DNA of 64,000 nt from a virus. A program made the translations under genes and the position numbers. Location: positions 4,848 through 68,847 of IMG/VR virus record IMGVR_UViG_3300042827_000007; one strand, given 5' to 3'. Below the pieces are notes generated by a model. That model did not search any database and was not told the DNA's origin. It worked only from the letters and a program-made list of their open reading frames with translations. The stretch's first letter is position 1; the number at the start of each line of letters is the position of its first letter. Shown one piece after another: positions 36,359 to 43,967 of the stretch.

Positions 36359-37474
36359 TGCTTCGGATCTCTTAGGCACCGGGGCGTCTGTAGCCACCGG
36401 GCCACCCTGCAAGATTTCACCGTCATCCGCGGGCGTCGGCGTCGCAGCGCGTGACGTCACCGCGCGTGCCTCGCGCTCCTTCGAGACCCACAACTGAGCC
36501 GTGCGGGGCTTCACGCCGAGGGCCTGGCCGACGGTCTTCGCGTCCTCCGGCGGGTCAGCGTCAAGGCACCGCTTGATCACGTCGCCCCACCGCGGGTCGC
36601 GCGGGCCGGCCTGGCGGCCACCTCGTGCGGGCGCGGCCGGGGCGGGCCGGCGGGCCGCCCGCCGGGCGGCGCGGGCCGCGCGGGCGGCCTCCCTCTGCTC
36701 CGCGCCGACCTGAGCGGCGAGCACCGGGCCGAGGGCTTCGGCGGCCTCGATCTGCTCCGGGGTGAGCACCGACGGGCCAGCCGGCCAGGGCTCGGCGGCC
36801 GGCTCCGGGGCGGCCTCGACCGCGGGCGGCGGGGCCAGCTCAGCGACGGCGACCGGCAGCGGCAGGGACGGCACCTCGACCGGCTGGCGGGACGCGATGG
36901 CGTGGGCCGTCGCGAAGGCCAGGGACGGCCGGGCGGCGGGGGCGGCCAGGGCGTCGGCCAGGGCGTCGGCGACCAACCGCGGGGCCCGCCAGGCACGCCA
37001 CCGGGCCACGAGGCCGGGCCGGCGGGCGGCCACCTCGACGGGCTCGACGGCGGCCAGGCTGTGCTCCCGGCGGCGGGCGACGATGATCAGGGCGTGGAGG
37101 CTGGCGGCCAGGAAGACCGCGGGGAAGATCGAGGCGACCCGGCCCCACACGCTCCAGCGCTCATGGTCGGCGAAGCCCTCCGACGCGCCGACCTGAGCGG
37201 CGATGGCGACGCCGAGCCAGAACCAGGCGTACGCCCGGGTGCGCCAGTGTGCGTTACGCAGGTGGTACGTGAGGACCATCATCGTTACGGCGAAGACGTC
37301 CAGCGCAACCGGCGCACCCCACGGGAGCGGGTGGCGCAACTTCCACACCTTGTCGGCGAAGCCGTACGCCATCCACGCCTGGATGGCGAACTGCGTCAGC
37401 GCATTTGCGCCGATCAGCAACGCAACCGGGACGGGGATGCGCCGCAGCGAAGTAGAGCGAGTGTCGGCAGACAT
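36356..37474 (-). CDS. DUF2637-like (SpdA-like) four-TM protein with Pro/Ala linker and C-terminal HTH
   Basis: APVALDVFAV..AYAW..PAVFLAASLHAL; EDAKTVGQALGVKPRTAQLWV; TGC-TACGGT 7 nt before ATG (leaderless). Confidence 0.75.
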   Translation of the reverse strand: MSADTRSTSLRRIPVPVALLIGANALTQFAIQAWMAYGFADKVWKLRHPLPWGAPVALDVFAVTMMVLTYHLRNAHWRTRAYAWFWLGVAIAAQVGASEGFADHERWSVWGRVASIFPAVFLAASLHALIIVARRREHSLAAVEPVEVAARRPGLVARWRAWRAPRLVADALADALAAPAARPSLAFATAHAIASRQPVEVPSLPLPVAVAELAPPPAVEAAPEPAAEPWPAGPSVLTPEQIEAAEALGPVLAAQVGAEQREAARAARAARRAARRPAPAAPARGGRQAGPRDPRWGDVIKRCLDADPPEDAKTVGQALGVKPRTAQLWVSKEREARAVTSRAATPTPADDGEILQGGPVATDAPVPKRSEA

Positions 37475-37597
37475 GCGACGCACCGTAGCACGGATTGCGC
37501 CGCCGTGGTTACGCCGGGGGGATGACATGCGCCGATGCGTTTTGCACCGGGCGTGCGCCGGCCCCCGTGCGCTGGTTGCGCCGGGGGCCGGGGTGCG

Positions 37598-37870
37598 TCA
37601 GTCCATGTCGCCGGGCTTCGCGTACCACATGCTCTCCCAGATCTCCCGGGGAGTGCTCCCGTCGCGGAGGTCGTAGCCGACCCACACGCGGCAGTTGTTG
37701 TACGTCCAGTTCGCCGGGTCCTTCGCGAAGGCCAGGGCGTCGGCCTCGGTCCGGAAGCGCCGGCCCTCGACGCTGGCCGGGTGGATCGCGTTCCGGAAGC
37801 GGACCACGAACGGCCGACGCTGGGCCGAGGTGAGGCGGGCGGCGGGGGCGGGGGTGATGGTCTCGATCAT
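37598..37870 (-). CDS. Hypothetical protein driven by repeat promoter copy A
   Basis: 90 aa; GAGG RBS downstream of promoter at 37922-37965. Confidence 0.7.
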   Translation of the reverse strand: MIETITPAPAARLTSAQRRPFVVRFRNAIHPASVEGRRFRTEADALAFAKDPANWTYNNCRVWVGYDLRDGSTPREIWESMWYAKPGDMD

Positions 37871-37921
37871 GTCTGCCTCGATCTCTCTGGAGTTTTCAGG
37901 TCGTGCCTTGCTTGTACCCAT

Positions 37922-37965
37922 AGCCTAACCCCCGGGGCGTGACTGGCGCAACCCCCCGGGCGTGA
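37922..37965 (-). promoter_or_regulatory. Repeated promoter/operator, copy A
   Basis: TCACGCCCGGGGGG-TTGCGC-18 nt-TAGGCT on minus strand. Confidence 0.85.
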
Positions 37966-38015
37966 AAATCTTGGCTGGCCGCTCGGCCGCAGCTCAAGGC
38001 CCGGATGTGCCACCC

Positions 38016-38059
38016 TAACGCCCGGGGGGTTGACAGCCTCACCCCCGGGGCGTTAGGCT
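38016..38059 (+). promoter_or_regulatory. Repeated promoter/operator, copy B
   Basis: TAACGCCCGGGGGG-TTGACA-18 nt-TAGGCT. Confidence 0.85.
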
Positions 38060-38150
38060 GATGGCACAACACCACACAGGGAGCCGGAGCCGCAGCCCGG
38101 AGCAGGACCACCGCCCGCCGCGCCCCTCCCCCGAGAACCTGGAGCACACG

Positions 38151-38774
38151 ATGACCGAGACCACCGCCCCCGCGATCACCACCGCCGAGCGCAACTACCG
38201 CACCGTCAAGGCCATCTCGACCGGCTACACCGTCGCCACCCTCGGGGTCTCCGCCTTCCACCTCGTGGAGCTGTCGATCCACTTCGGCGGGGGCTGGCAG
38301 TCCTTCCTTGCGCCGGCCCTGGTCGACGGGTTCGTGATCCTCGGCAAGCTCGGCGACCGGCCCGGCATCGTCAAGTCCGCCCGCACCGCCTCCCGCGCCG
38401 TCTCGATCATCGCCGGGTCAGTCTCCCTGGCCGCGAACATCGCGATCGGGATCATCGACCACGCCCCCGCGGTCTCCCTGATCGGCGCGCTCGCCGTGAT
38501 CGGGTTCTGGGTCGCCGAGTTCCTGTCCCACAAGCTCCGCCCGACCACGAAGCGGCCGGCCGCCCCGAAGCCCGCCCCGAAGCCCGCCCCGGCCGCCGCC
38601 GCCCCGGCCGCCCCGGTCAAGTCCGCGAAGGACCCGAAGCGCGTCGAGGCCGCCCGCAAGGCCGCCGCCACCCGGGCCGCCCGCAAGGCCGCCCCGGTCG
38701 CCCCGGTCGCCCCGGTCAGCCACCCGGACGCCGCCGCCCTGGTCGACCACCGCACCCCCGCCGCCTACATCTGA
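38151..38774 (+). CDS. Second DUF2637-like membrane protein with Ala/Pro/Lys tail
   Basis: SAFHLVELS..GWQSFLAPALVDGF..VSLAANIA; four TMs; GGAG RBS. Confidence 0.7.
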   Translation: MTETTAPAITTAERNYRTVKAISTGYTVATLGVSAFHLVELSIHFGGGWQSFLAPALVDGFVILGKLGDRPGIVKSARTASRAVSIIAGSVSLAANIAIGIIDHAPAVSLIGALAVIGFWVAEFLSHKLRPTTKRPAAPKPAPKPAPAAAAPAAPVKSAKDPKRVEAARKAAATRAARKAAPVAPVAPVSHPDAAALVDHRTPAAYI

Positions 38775-38780
38775 CCGGCC

Positions 38781-38802
38781 GGCCCGCCCTCCGGGGCGGG
38801 CC
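38781..38802 (+). terminator. Cassette-closing hairpin
   Basis: GGCCCGCCC-TCCG-GGGCGGGCC just after stop. Confidence 0.65.
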
Positions 38803-38828
38803 CTCCCCCGGAAGAATCTTGACCCGGA

Positions 38829-38871
38829 TCACGCCCGGGGGGTTGCGCTCTCACCCCCCGGGCGTTAGGCT
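38829..38871 (+). promoter_or_regulatory. Repeated promoter/operator, copy C
   Basis: TCACGCCCGGGGGG-TTGCGC-17 nt-TAGGCT. Confidence 0.85.
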
Positions 38872-38904
38872 AGTGGTATCACCCCAACCGACCGGGAGGT
38901 CACC

Positions 38905-39270
38905 ATGAACGCCACCACCACCGCCCCGATCACCTTCTCCGCCGCCATCCCGGCGGTCTCCTTCCAGACGGTGGCCGGCGGCCGGGCGGTCCGGGTGCGG
39001 CGCGAGGGCAAGGGCGACACCTTCCTCCTGGTCCGCGACGACCGGGCGCGCTCGTACGACGTCTACCTCCTGGTCATGCAGGGTCAGGGCGTCGTCGGCC
39101 GGGTGGCGTGCGTCGACGGTGAGTGGATCTGGGAGCACGGCGTGTTCCGCAACTGGGAGGCCACCGGCACCCCGTTCCAGGTCTTCCCCTCGTCCACGGT
39201 CGAGACCCGGTGGGGCTTCGCGAACCGCGAGGACGCCGTGGCCGAGGCCGCCCTCTACTGGCTCTCCTGA
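38905..39270 (+). CDS. Hypothetical early protein
   Basis: 121 aa beta-rich; GGAGG RBS; sole gene of cassette C. Confidence 0.75.
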   Translation: MNATTTAPITFSAAIPAVSFQTVAGGRAVRVRREGKGDTFLLVRDDRARSYDVYLLVMQGQGVVGRVACVDGEWIWEHGVFRNWEATGTPFQVFPSSTVETRWGFANREDAVAEAALYWLS

Positions 39271-39275
39271 GCCGA

Positions 39276-39318
39276 TCACGCCCGGGGGGTTGACGCCTCA
39301 CCCCCCGGGCGTTACGCT
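39276..39318 (+). promoter_or_regulatory. Repeated promoter/operator, copy D
   Basis: TCACGCCCGGGGGG-TTGACG-17 nt-TACGCT. Confidence 0.85.
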
Positions 39319-39357
39319 TGACCCATACCGCACCGCTACTGCCGACAGGAGCCAGCC

Positions 39358-40374
39358 ATGAACCAGCTCGACGACGAGACCCGGGGAGACGCCCTCGGGG
39401 TCCGCGACCTCGGCCGCCGGTCCGTCGCCTTCGACCGCTTCCGCAAGCTGGCCGAGCGCAACGGCTACGAAGGTCGCCCCGGCGGATGGATCTACGACAC
39501 CCGCCGCCCCGGCGCGCCGGCCATCACGCAAGGCTGGCAGAAGTTCGCCCTCTACGTGCTGAACCAGGCCGTCCGCTTCCAGACCGCCGCCGAGTTCGAC
39601 GCCGCCGAGGCCGCCCTCCCGACCCCCGCCGCGCCGGCCCCCGCCGCCGCGCCGGTCGCCTGCCTTCACGCCGGATGCCACCCGGGCCGCTGCGTCTACG
39701 GCCGGCCGGTCACCCCGTCCGACCACGCGAACGACGTCGCCGCCACCCTGGCCGCCGCGCTCGGGGGCCGGTACGCCGTCCGGGTCGACGCCCGCGGACC
39801 GAACGGGTTCGCCGTGGTCGAGGACCACGAGACCCGGGACAACGCGGCCGTGTTCACCGGCCCGGACGCCGCGGAGCAGGCCGAGGACACGGCCGCCCGG
39901 CTCCGCGCCGGGGAGGACTACGTCGCCCGCCTGGTCGGCGGGACGACCGGCTCCGGCAAGACCACCGCCCCGGAGCCGACGCCCGGCGAGGTCGCGGAGG
40001 ACGTCCTCCGCGTCCTGGTCGACGACCTGGCCGCCACCGGGTGCGACACGGCCGCCCTGAACGTCACGCAGGCCGCGCGCCGGCTGTTCGGCCTCGACCT
40101 GGAGCGCGAGCGGCACCGCGGGACGGCCCGGTTCCACCACGACCGCCAGGTCCGGGAGAACACCCGACGCCCGGCCGGCCTGCCGGCTGGCGTCGCCGAC
40201 TACCGCCAGCCGTTGACCCCCGGCGAGCGCGCCGCGGGCGTGCTGGCCGTCGAGGACGGGCCCCGACCGACCCCGCTGTGCCTGCGGGCCGACGGGGAGC
40301 ACTGCCTCCACATGGCCGCCGTGACCCCGGCGTGCCGCGACCTGACCGACGACGACGCCGAGGCCGACATCTGA
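39358..40374 (+). CDS. Mosaic hypothetical early protein containing an isolated P-loop-like GTTGSGKT
   Basis: 338 aa; AGGAG RBS. Confidence 0.7.
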   Translation: MNQLDDETRGDALGVRDLGRRSVAFDRFRKLAERNGYEGRPGGWIYDTRRPGAPAITQGWQKFALYVLNQAVRFQTAAEFDAAEAALPTPAAPAPAAAPVACLHAGCHPGRCVYGRPVTPSDHANDVAATLAAALGGRYAVRVDARGPNGFAVVEDHETRDNAAVFTGPDAAEQAEDTAARLRAGEDYVARLVGGTTGSGKTTAPEPTPGEVAEDVLRVLVDDLAATGCDTAALNVTQAARRLFGLDLERERHRGTARFHHDRQVRENTRRPAGLPAGVADYRQPLTPGERAAGVLAVEDGPRPTPLCLRADGEHCLHMAAVTPACRDLTDDDAEADI

Positions 40375-40431
40375 CCGCCCTCCCGGGGGCCGGCCGCCGC
40401 CGGTCCCCGCCGCCCCTCCCTGGAGGAAGCC

Positions 40432-40668
40432 ATGAGCAAGATCCTTGTCGTCAGCGACGACGAGACCGCCCGCGTCGAGGTGATGACCCTCGCCGACCCG
40501 ACCGCCCCCGACGACCAGGACGAGCACCCGACGTTCCTCGCTCAGTGCCGGACCCCGGGGTGCGCGTGGAACAGCTTCGTCGACGAGAACACCGTCCACC
40601 TGTTCGAGGCGGACGCGATCAACGATGCGGAGATGCACCTCGACGAACACGAACACGCGGAAGCCTGA
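40432..40668 (+). CDS. Small acidic protein with Cys/His ligands
   Basis: 78 aa; CRTPGC..HLDEH; GGAGG RBS. Confidence 0.7.
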   Translation: MSKILVVSDDETARVEVMTLADPTAPDDQDEHPTFLAQCRTPGCAWNSFVDENTVHLFEADAINDAEMHLDEHEHAEA

Positions 40669-40674
40669 GAAGGA

Positions 40675-40718
40675 TCACGCCCCGGGGGTTGACGGACTCA
40701 CCCCCCGGGCGTTAGACT
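40675..40718 (+). promoter_or_regulatory. Repeated promoter/operator, copy E
   Basis: TCACGCCCCGGGGG-TTGACG-18 nt-TAGACT. Confidence 0.85.
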
Positions 40719-40724
40719 CGTGGT

Positions 40725-41021
40725 ATGACGACGACGCGGACCCGGATCACCTTCACCGCCTGCCCCGAGTGCCAGATCCCGACCGGGGTCCGCGGGCTCG
40801 CCCGGCACCGCGAAGCCGCTCACAACGTCGCCCCGGCGGTCAAGGGCCGCAAGGTCCGCCCGCTGGACCGGGCCGAGCGCGCCGTCCTGACCGAGGCCGC
40901 CGCCGGAGAGATCTCCGCCGCCCGGCTGGCCTACCGGACCACGATCACCAAACTGACCCGGGCCGGCTACCTCGCCGCTGACCTGACCATCACCGACGCG
41001 GGCCGCGCCCGTCTCTCCTGA
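40725..41021 (+). CDS. C2H2-type zinc finger + winged-helix-like small protein (leaderless)
   Basis: CPEC..LARHREAAH; TITKLTRAGYL..ITDAGRA; ATG 6 nt after -10. Confidence 0.7.
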   Translation: MTTTRTRITFTACPECQIPTGVRGLARHREAAHNVAPAVKGRKVRPLDRAERAVLTEAAAGEISAARLAYRTTITKLTRAGYLAADLTITDAGRARLS

Positions 41022-41075
41022 TCCACCCGCCGGGCGGGCCGGGAGGTCCGCCCCTCACCCCGGGAGTCTGCCGAC

Positions 41076-41312
41076 ATGTCCCGCCGCCGCTCCACCCGCT
41101 CGACCCACCGCGCCGGCTCCGCCGCCGCCTCCTTCCTGTTCGTCCTCGCCGTGGTCCTGGCGTGCGGCTCCCTCGCCGCCTGGACGCCCGCGCCGGACGG
41201 CCTGATCGGCTTCCTGGCCGTGGCCCTGGTCCTCGTGGGCGGGCTCGCCAGCGGCGGCCACTCCCGCGGGCACAGCCGGAGCCGGTCGCGCTCCCGCCGC
41301 CGCTACCGCTGA
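41076..41312 (+). CDS. Two-TM membrane protein with basic termini
   Basis: 78 aa; FLFVLAVVLACG; LIGFLAVALVLVGG. Confidence 0.65.
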   Translation: MSRRRSTRSTHRAGSAAASFLFVLAVVLACGSLAAWTPAPDGLIGFLAVALVLVGGLASGGHSRGHSRSRSRSRRRYR

Positions 41313-41327
41313 AACAATCTTGAGGAA

Positions 41328-41370
41328 TCACGCCCCGGGGGTTGCATCCTCACGCCCCGGGCGTTAGGCT
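41328..41370 (+). promoter_or_regulatory. Repeated promoter/operator, copy F
   Basis: TCACGCCCCGGGGG-TTGCAT-17 nt-TAGGCT. Confidence 0.85.
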
Positions 41371-41405
41371 ATGAGTATCAGCAAGACAGGGAACGAGATC
41401 CGGGA

Positions 41406-41939
41406 GTGATTCAGATGACGAAGGCCACCACCGCCCCCCGCAAGAGCCGCTACACCGACGAAGAGCGCGAGGCGTTCAAGGCTCAGCGCGCCGCCTACGT
41501 GGCCGCCCTCGACACCTTCGAGATCGAGCCGGAGACGGCGACCGAGATCGCGTTCGAGCGGCTGACCGAGCGCTACAGCGAGCGGAACTCCATGCTGATC
41601 CTGATCCAGTGCCCGGCCAGCTTCGGCGACGTCAAGGCCATGAGCAAGTGGAACGAGGACGGCCGGAAGATCAAGAAGGGCGCGAAGTCGATCTACATCC
41701 TGGCCCCGGCCGGCGACAAGCGGGCGGACGTCGAGATCGCCGACAAGCCCGCCGCCGACGCGAAGCCCGGCGAGGCCCCCTCGAAGAAGCGGTTCATCTG
41801 GGTCCGGGTCTTCGACCGCAGCCAGACCGAGCCCCTTCCGAGCGACTGGAAGCCCCGCACCCCGCGGGCCCCGCGCGCCGCGAAGGCCGCCCCGGTCGCC
41901 GCCACCCGGACCGCCGCCCTGGACGACTTCCTCTCCTGA
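41406..41939 (+). CDS. ArdC N-terminal-like ssDNA-binding (antirestriction-family) protein
   Basis: YSERNSMLILIQCP..KWNEDGRKIKKGAKSIYILAP..VFDRSQTE. Confidence 0.78.
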   Translation: MIQMTKATTAPRKSRYTDEEREAFKAQRAAYVAALDTFEIEPETATEIAFERLTERYSERNSMLILIQCPASFGDVKAMSKWNEDGRKIKKGAKSIYILAPAGDKRADVEIADKPAADAKPGEAPSKKRFIWVRVFDRSQTEPLPSDWKPRTPRAPRAAKAAPVAATRTAALDDFLS

Positions 41940-41945
41940 CCACCC

Positions 41946-41973
41946 GGGCCCGGCCCCCGCGGGGGCCGGGCCC
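41946..41973 (+). terminator. Hairpin after ArdC-like gene
   Basis: GGGCCCGGCCCCC-GC-GGGGGCCGGGCCC. Confidence 0.6.
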
Positions 41974-41995
41974 CTCTGTCCCGAAGGGGGACGGC

Positions 41996-42415
41996 ATGAC
42001 GAAGATCCAAGACATCGCGAACGCCCCGAAGATCCTCCAGCGCCAGGCGGAGCACGCCCTCACGGCCGCGTACGCCTCCAGCGCTCGACTGACGAAGATC
42101 CGCGAAGCCCTCGGCGTCACCGGGAAGACGTACCTCGGGGAGGTCGTCACCCTGGACGGCTCCGCCCTGGACGACGACGACCCGGAGAGCTACCGGGCCG
42201 GGGTCTACGCGGTCGAGACGCACGGGAGCGGGTTCGGGACCGCCTGGACCACCCTCGTCCGCGGGCACACCGACCACATGCATTTCACCGGCCAGGCCGC
42301 CCGCTGGTCCGCGATCTTGCACGCTATCGCCCTGGTCCACGGCGACGGCGACTCGCACGCGACCGGCGCGTTCTACGCCGGCCGGGTCCTCGGCCTCCCG
42401 CAGGACCAGCCGTGA
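41996..42415 (+). CDS. Hypothetical protein
   Basis: MTKIQDIANAP...; AAGGGGG RBS. Confidence 0.7.
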   Translation: MTKIQDIANAPKILQRQAEHALTAAYASSARLTKIREALGVTGKTYLGEVVTLDGSALDDDDPESYRAGVYAVETHGSGFGTAWTTLVRGHTDHMHFTGQAARWSAILHAIALVHGDGDSHATGAFYAGRVLGLPQDQP

Positions 42416-42771
42416 CCGGCGACGACCTGGAGCCCTACGACGACGAGGGAGTCCCGGAGATCACCGGCTCCGACCTACTCGGCCCGGACGGGCCGCGGGT
42501 CCTAGATCAGAAGTGCCCGACGTGCATCTTCCGCCCGGGGAACCCGATGAAGCTCCGGCCCGGCCGGGTCCACGGCATGGTGGAGGACAGCCTCCGCGGG
42601 GGCGGGTTCATCACCTGTCACCAGACCCTCCCGTACGGCGGTCACGGCGACGTCCGGCCGGCCGTGTGCCGCGGGTTCTTCGACGCGCACGGGGAGCGCT
42701 CGAACCTGCTCCGGGTGTGGAGCAGGCTCGGCGGGTTCGACTTCGTCCCGCCGCCGGCCGACCACGACTGA
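42412..42771 (+). CDS. Cys-rich hypothetical protein
   Basis: CPTCIFRPGN..TCHQT..VCRGFFDAH. Confidence 0.75.
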   Translation: MTGDDLEPYDDEGVPEITGSDLLGPDGPRVLDQKCPTCIFRPGNPMKLRPGRVHGMVEDSLRGGGFITCHQTLPYGGHGDVRPAVCRGFFDAHGERSNLLRVWSRLGGFDFVPPPADHD

Positions 42772-42776
42772 ACGAA

Positions 42777-42819
42777 TCACGCCCGGGGGGTTGCGCTCTC
42801 ACCCCCCGGGCGTTAGACT
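42777..42819 (+). promoter_or_regulatory. Repeated promoter/operator, copy G
   Basis: TCACGCCCGGGGGG-TTGCGC-17 nt-TAGACT. Confidence 0.85.
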
Positions 42820-42848
42820 GTGGGTACAACACCAGAGAGGAACCCGAG

Positions 42849-43001
42849 ATGCGCGAGATCAAGATCGTCCAGCGGAACTACGACGGTCAGGGGAACGACC
42901 GGACTTTCCGGTTCTGGCGCAAGGCCGACGAGGTGGACACCTTCGTCGAGCGCAAGTCCCGGGCCTTCAACATGGCCCGGACCACGATCACCGTTCGCTG
43001 A
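42849..43001 (+). CDS. 50-aa hypothetical early protein
   Basis: MREIKIVQRNYDG...; GAGAGGA RBS; followed by hairpin. Confidence 0.65.
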   Translation: MREIKIVQRNYDGQGNDRTFRFWRKADEVDTFVERKSRAFNMARTTITVR

Positions 43002-43008
43002 GCCTCGG

Positions 43009-43033
43009 TCCGGCCGGTCACGAACCGGCCGGA
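43009..43033 (+). terminator. Hairpin after 50-aa gene
   Basis: TCCGGCCGGT-CACGA-ACCGGCCGGA. Confidence 0.55.
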
Positions 43034-43062
43034 GCCGTAGCCCAAACGAAAGGACCCCGATC

Positions 43063-43827
43063 ATGAAGCACGGAGACATCCAGGCCGACGGCACCGTCTA
43101 CTGGTACGACAAGCGGCAGGACTGGGGGAAGTACATCAGCCCCGCCTACGACCGCGGGCCGGTCGTCCGCGTCGGCACCGAGCGCTACGAGGGCGGCTCC
43201 GGGCGCTGGTCCCGCAGCGCCAGCGACTACTACGCCGACCCGAAGGGGAAGTACGTCAAGGTCCAGCCGATGGCCGTCGACGGCACCACGCCGGACGGGA
43301 ACCCGCGGTTCGTCCTCACGGCGCACATCCGCGACACGTACTCCGCCGTGAAGGAGCGGTACAACCTCGCCGCCGAGGCCGAGGCCCGCCGCGAGGCCGA
43401 CCGCGCGGCGAAGGCCGACGACGCCGCCCGCCGGGCGAAGGCCCTCCGCGCGAGGCTCGCCGCCCTGGACCTCCTGGACGCCGTCCGGGTCACCTCGACC
43501 GACGGGAAGGCGTGGGGCACGACCCCGGGCGTCCGGGTCGAGTGGTGCCGCGCGGCCGAGAGTGCCCTCTCCGACGTCCTCGACCGCCTGGAGGCGAAGA
43601 CCGACGACGCCGCATGGCGCGCCGGCTACGCCGAGGGGGAGCTGGTCGCCGACGCCGCCCGGGACGCCGCCCTCGGCTACACCCTTCGGCCGGAGCAGGC
43701 CGCCGCGCTGGCCCGCGCCGAGGAAGGACTCCGCACGGCCCCGCCGTCGGCCCGGCCCGTCGAGCGGGTCGCGAAGTATGACCCGGAGTTCGCCGACCGC
43801 CTGGCGAACGGCGCGTACGAGCACTGA
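43063..43827 (+). CDS. Hypothetical protein (beta-rich N-terminus, helical C-terminus)
   Basis: GAAAGGA RBS; 254 aa. Confidence 0.7.
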   Translation: MKHGDIQADGTVYWYDKRQDWGKYISPAYDRGPVVRVGTERYEGGSGRWSRSASDYYADPKGKYVKVQPMAVDGTTPDGNPRFVLTAHIRDTYSAVKERYNLAAEAEARREADRAAKADDAARRAKALRARLAALDLLDAVRVTSTDGKAWGTTPGVRVEWCRAAESALSDVLDRLEAKTDDAAWRAGYAEGELVADAARDAALGYTLRPEQAAALARAEEGLRTAPPSARPVERVAKYDPEFADRLANGAYEH

Positions 43828-43832
43828 GAAAG

Positions 43833-43875
43833 TCACGGCCGGGGGGTTGTGCCATCACCCCCCGGCGGTTATTCT
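43833..43875 (+). promoter_or_regulatory. Repeated promoter/operator, copy H
   Basis: TCACGGCCGGGGGG-TTGTGC-17 nt-TATTCT. Confidence 0.8.
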
Positions 43876-43967
43876 GAGAGGGTAAGCAAGGCCGGGGGAT
43901 ACGCGACCAGGGGCACCCGCCCTACCGACTCGCTTCCCCCGGCCACCCGAACCGACAGAGACAGGAG

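Noticed and set aside
38061-38150. Upstream ATG extension of the second DUF2637-like gene
   Set aside because: ATG lies 1 nt after the -10 hexamer of copy B, so it cannot be in that transcript; 38151 has an RBS
39358-40374. Calling this protein an ATPase
   Set aside because: Has GTTGSGKT but is followed by a Pro-rich linker and no Walker B or ATPase core
37922-43875. Repeat family as a CRISPR array
   Set aside because: Spacing is irregular (100-1400 bp), intervals contain genes, repeats contain -35/-10 hexamers, and no cas genes are present
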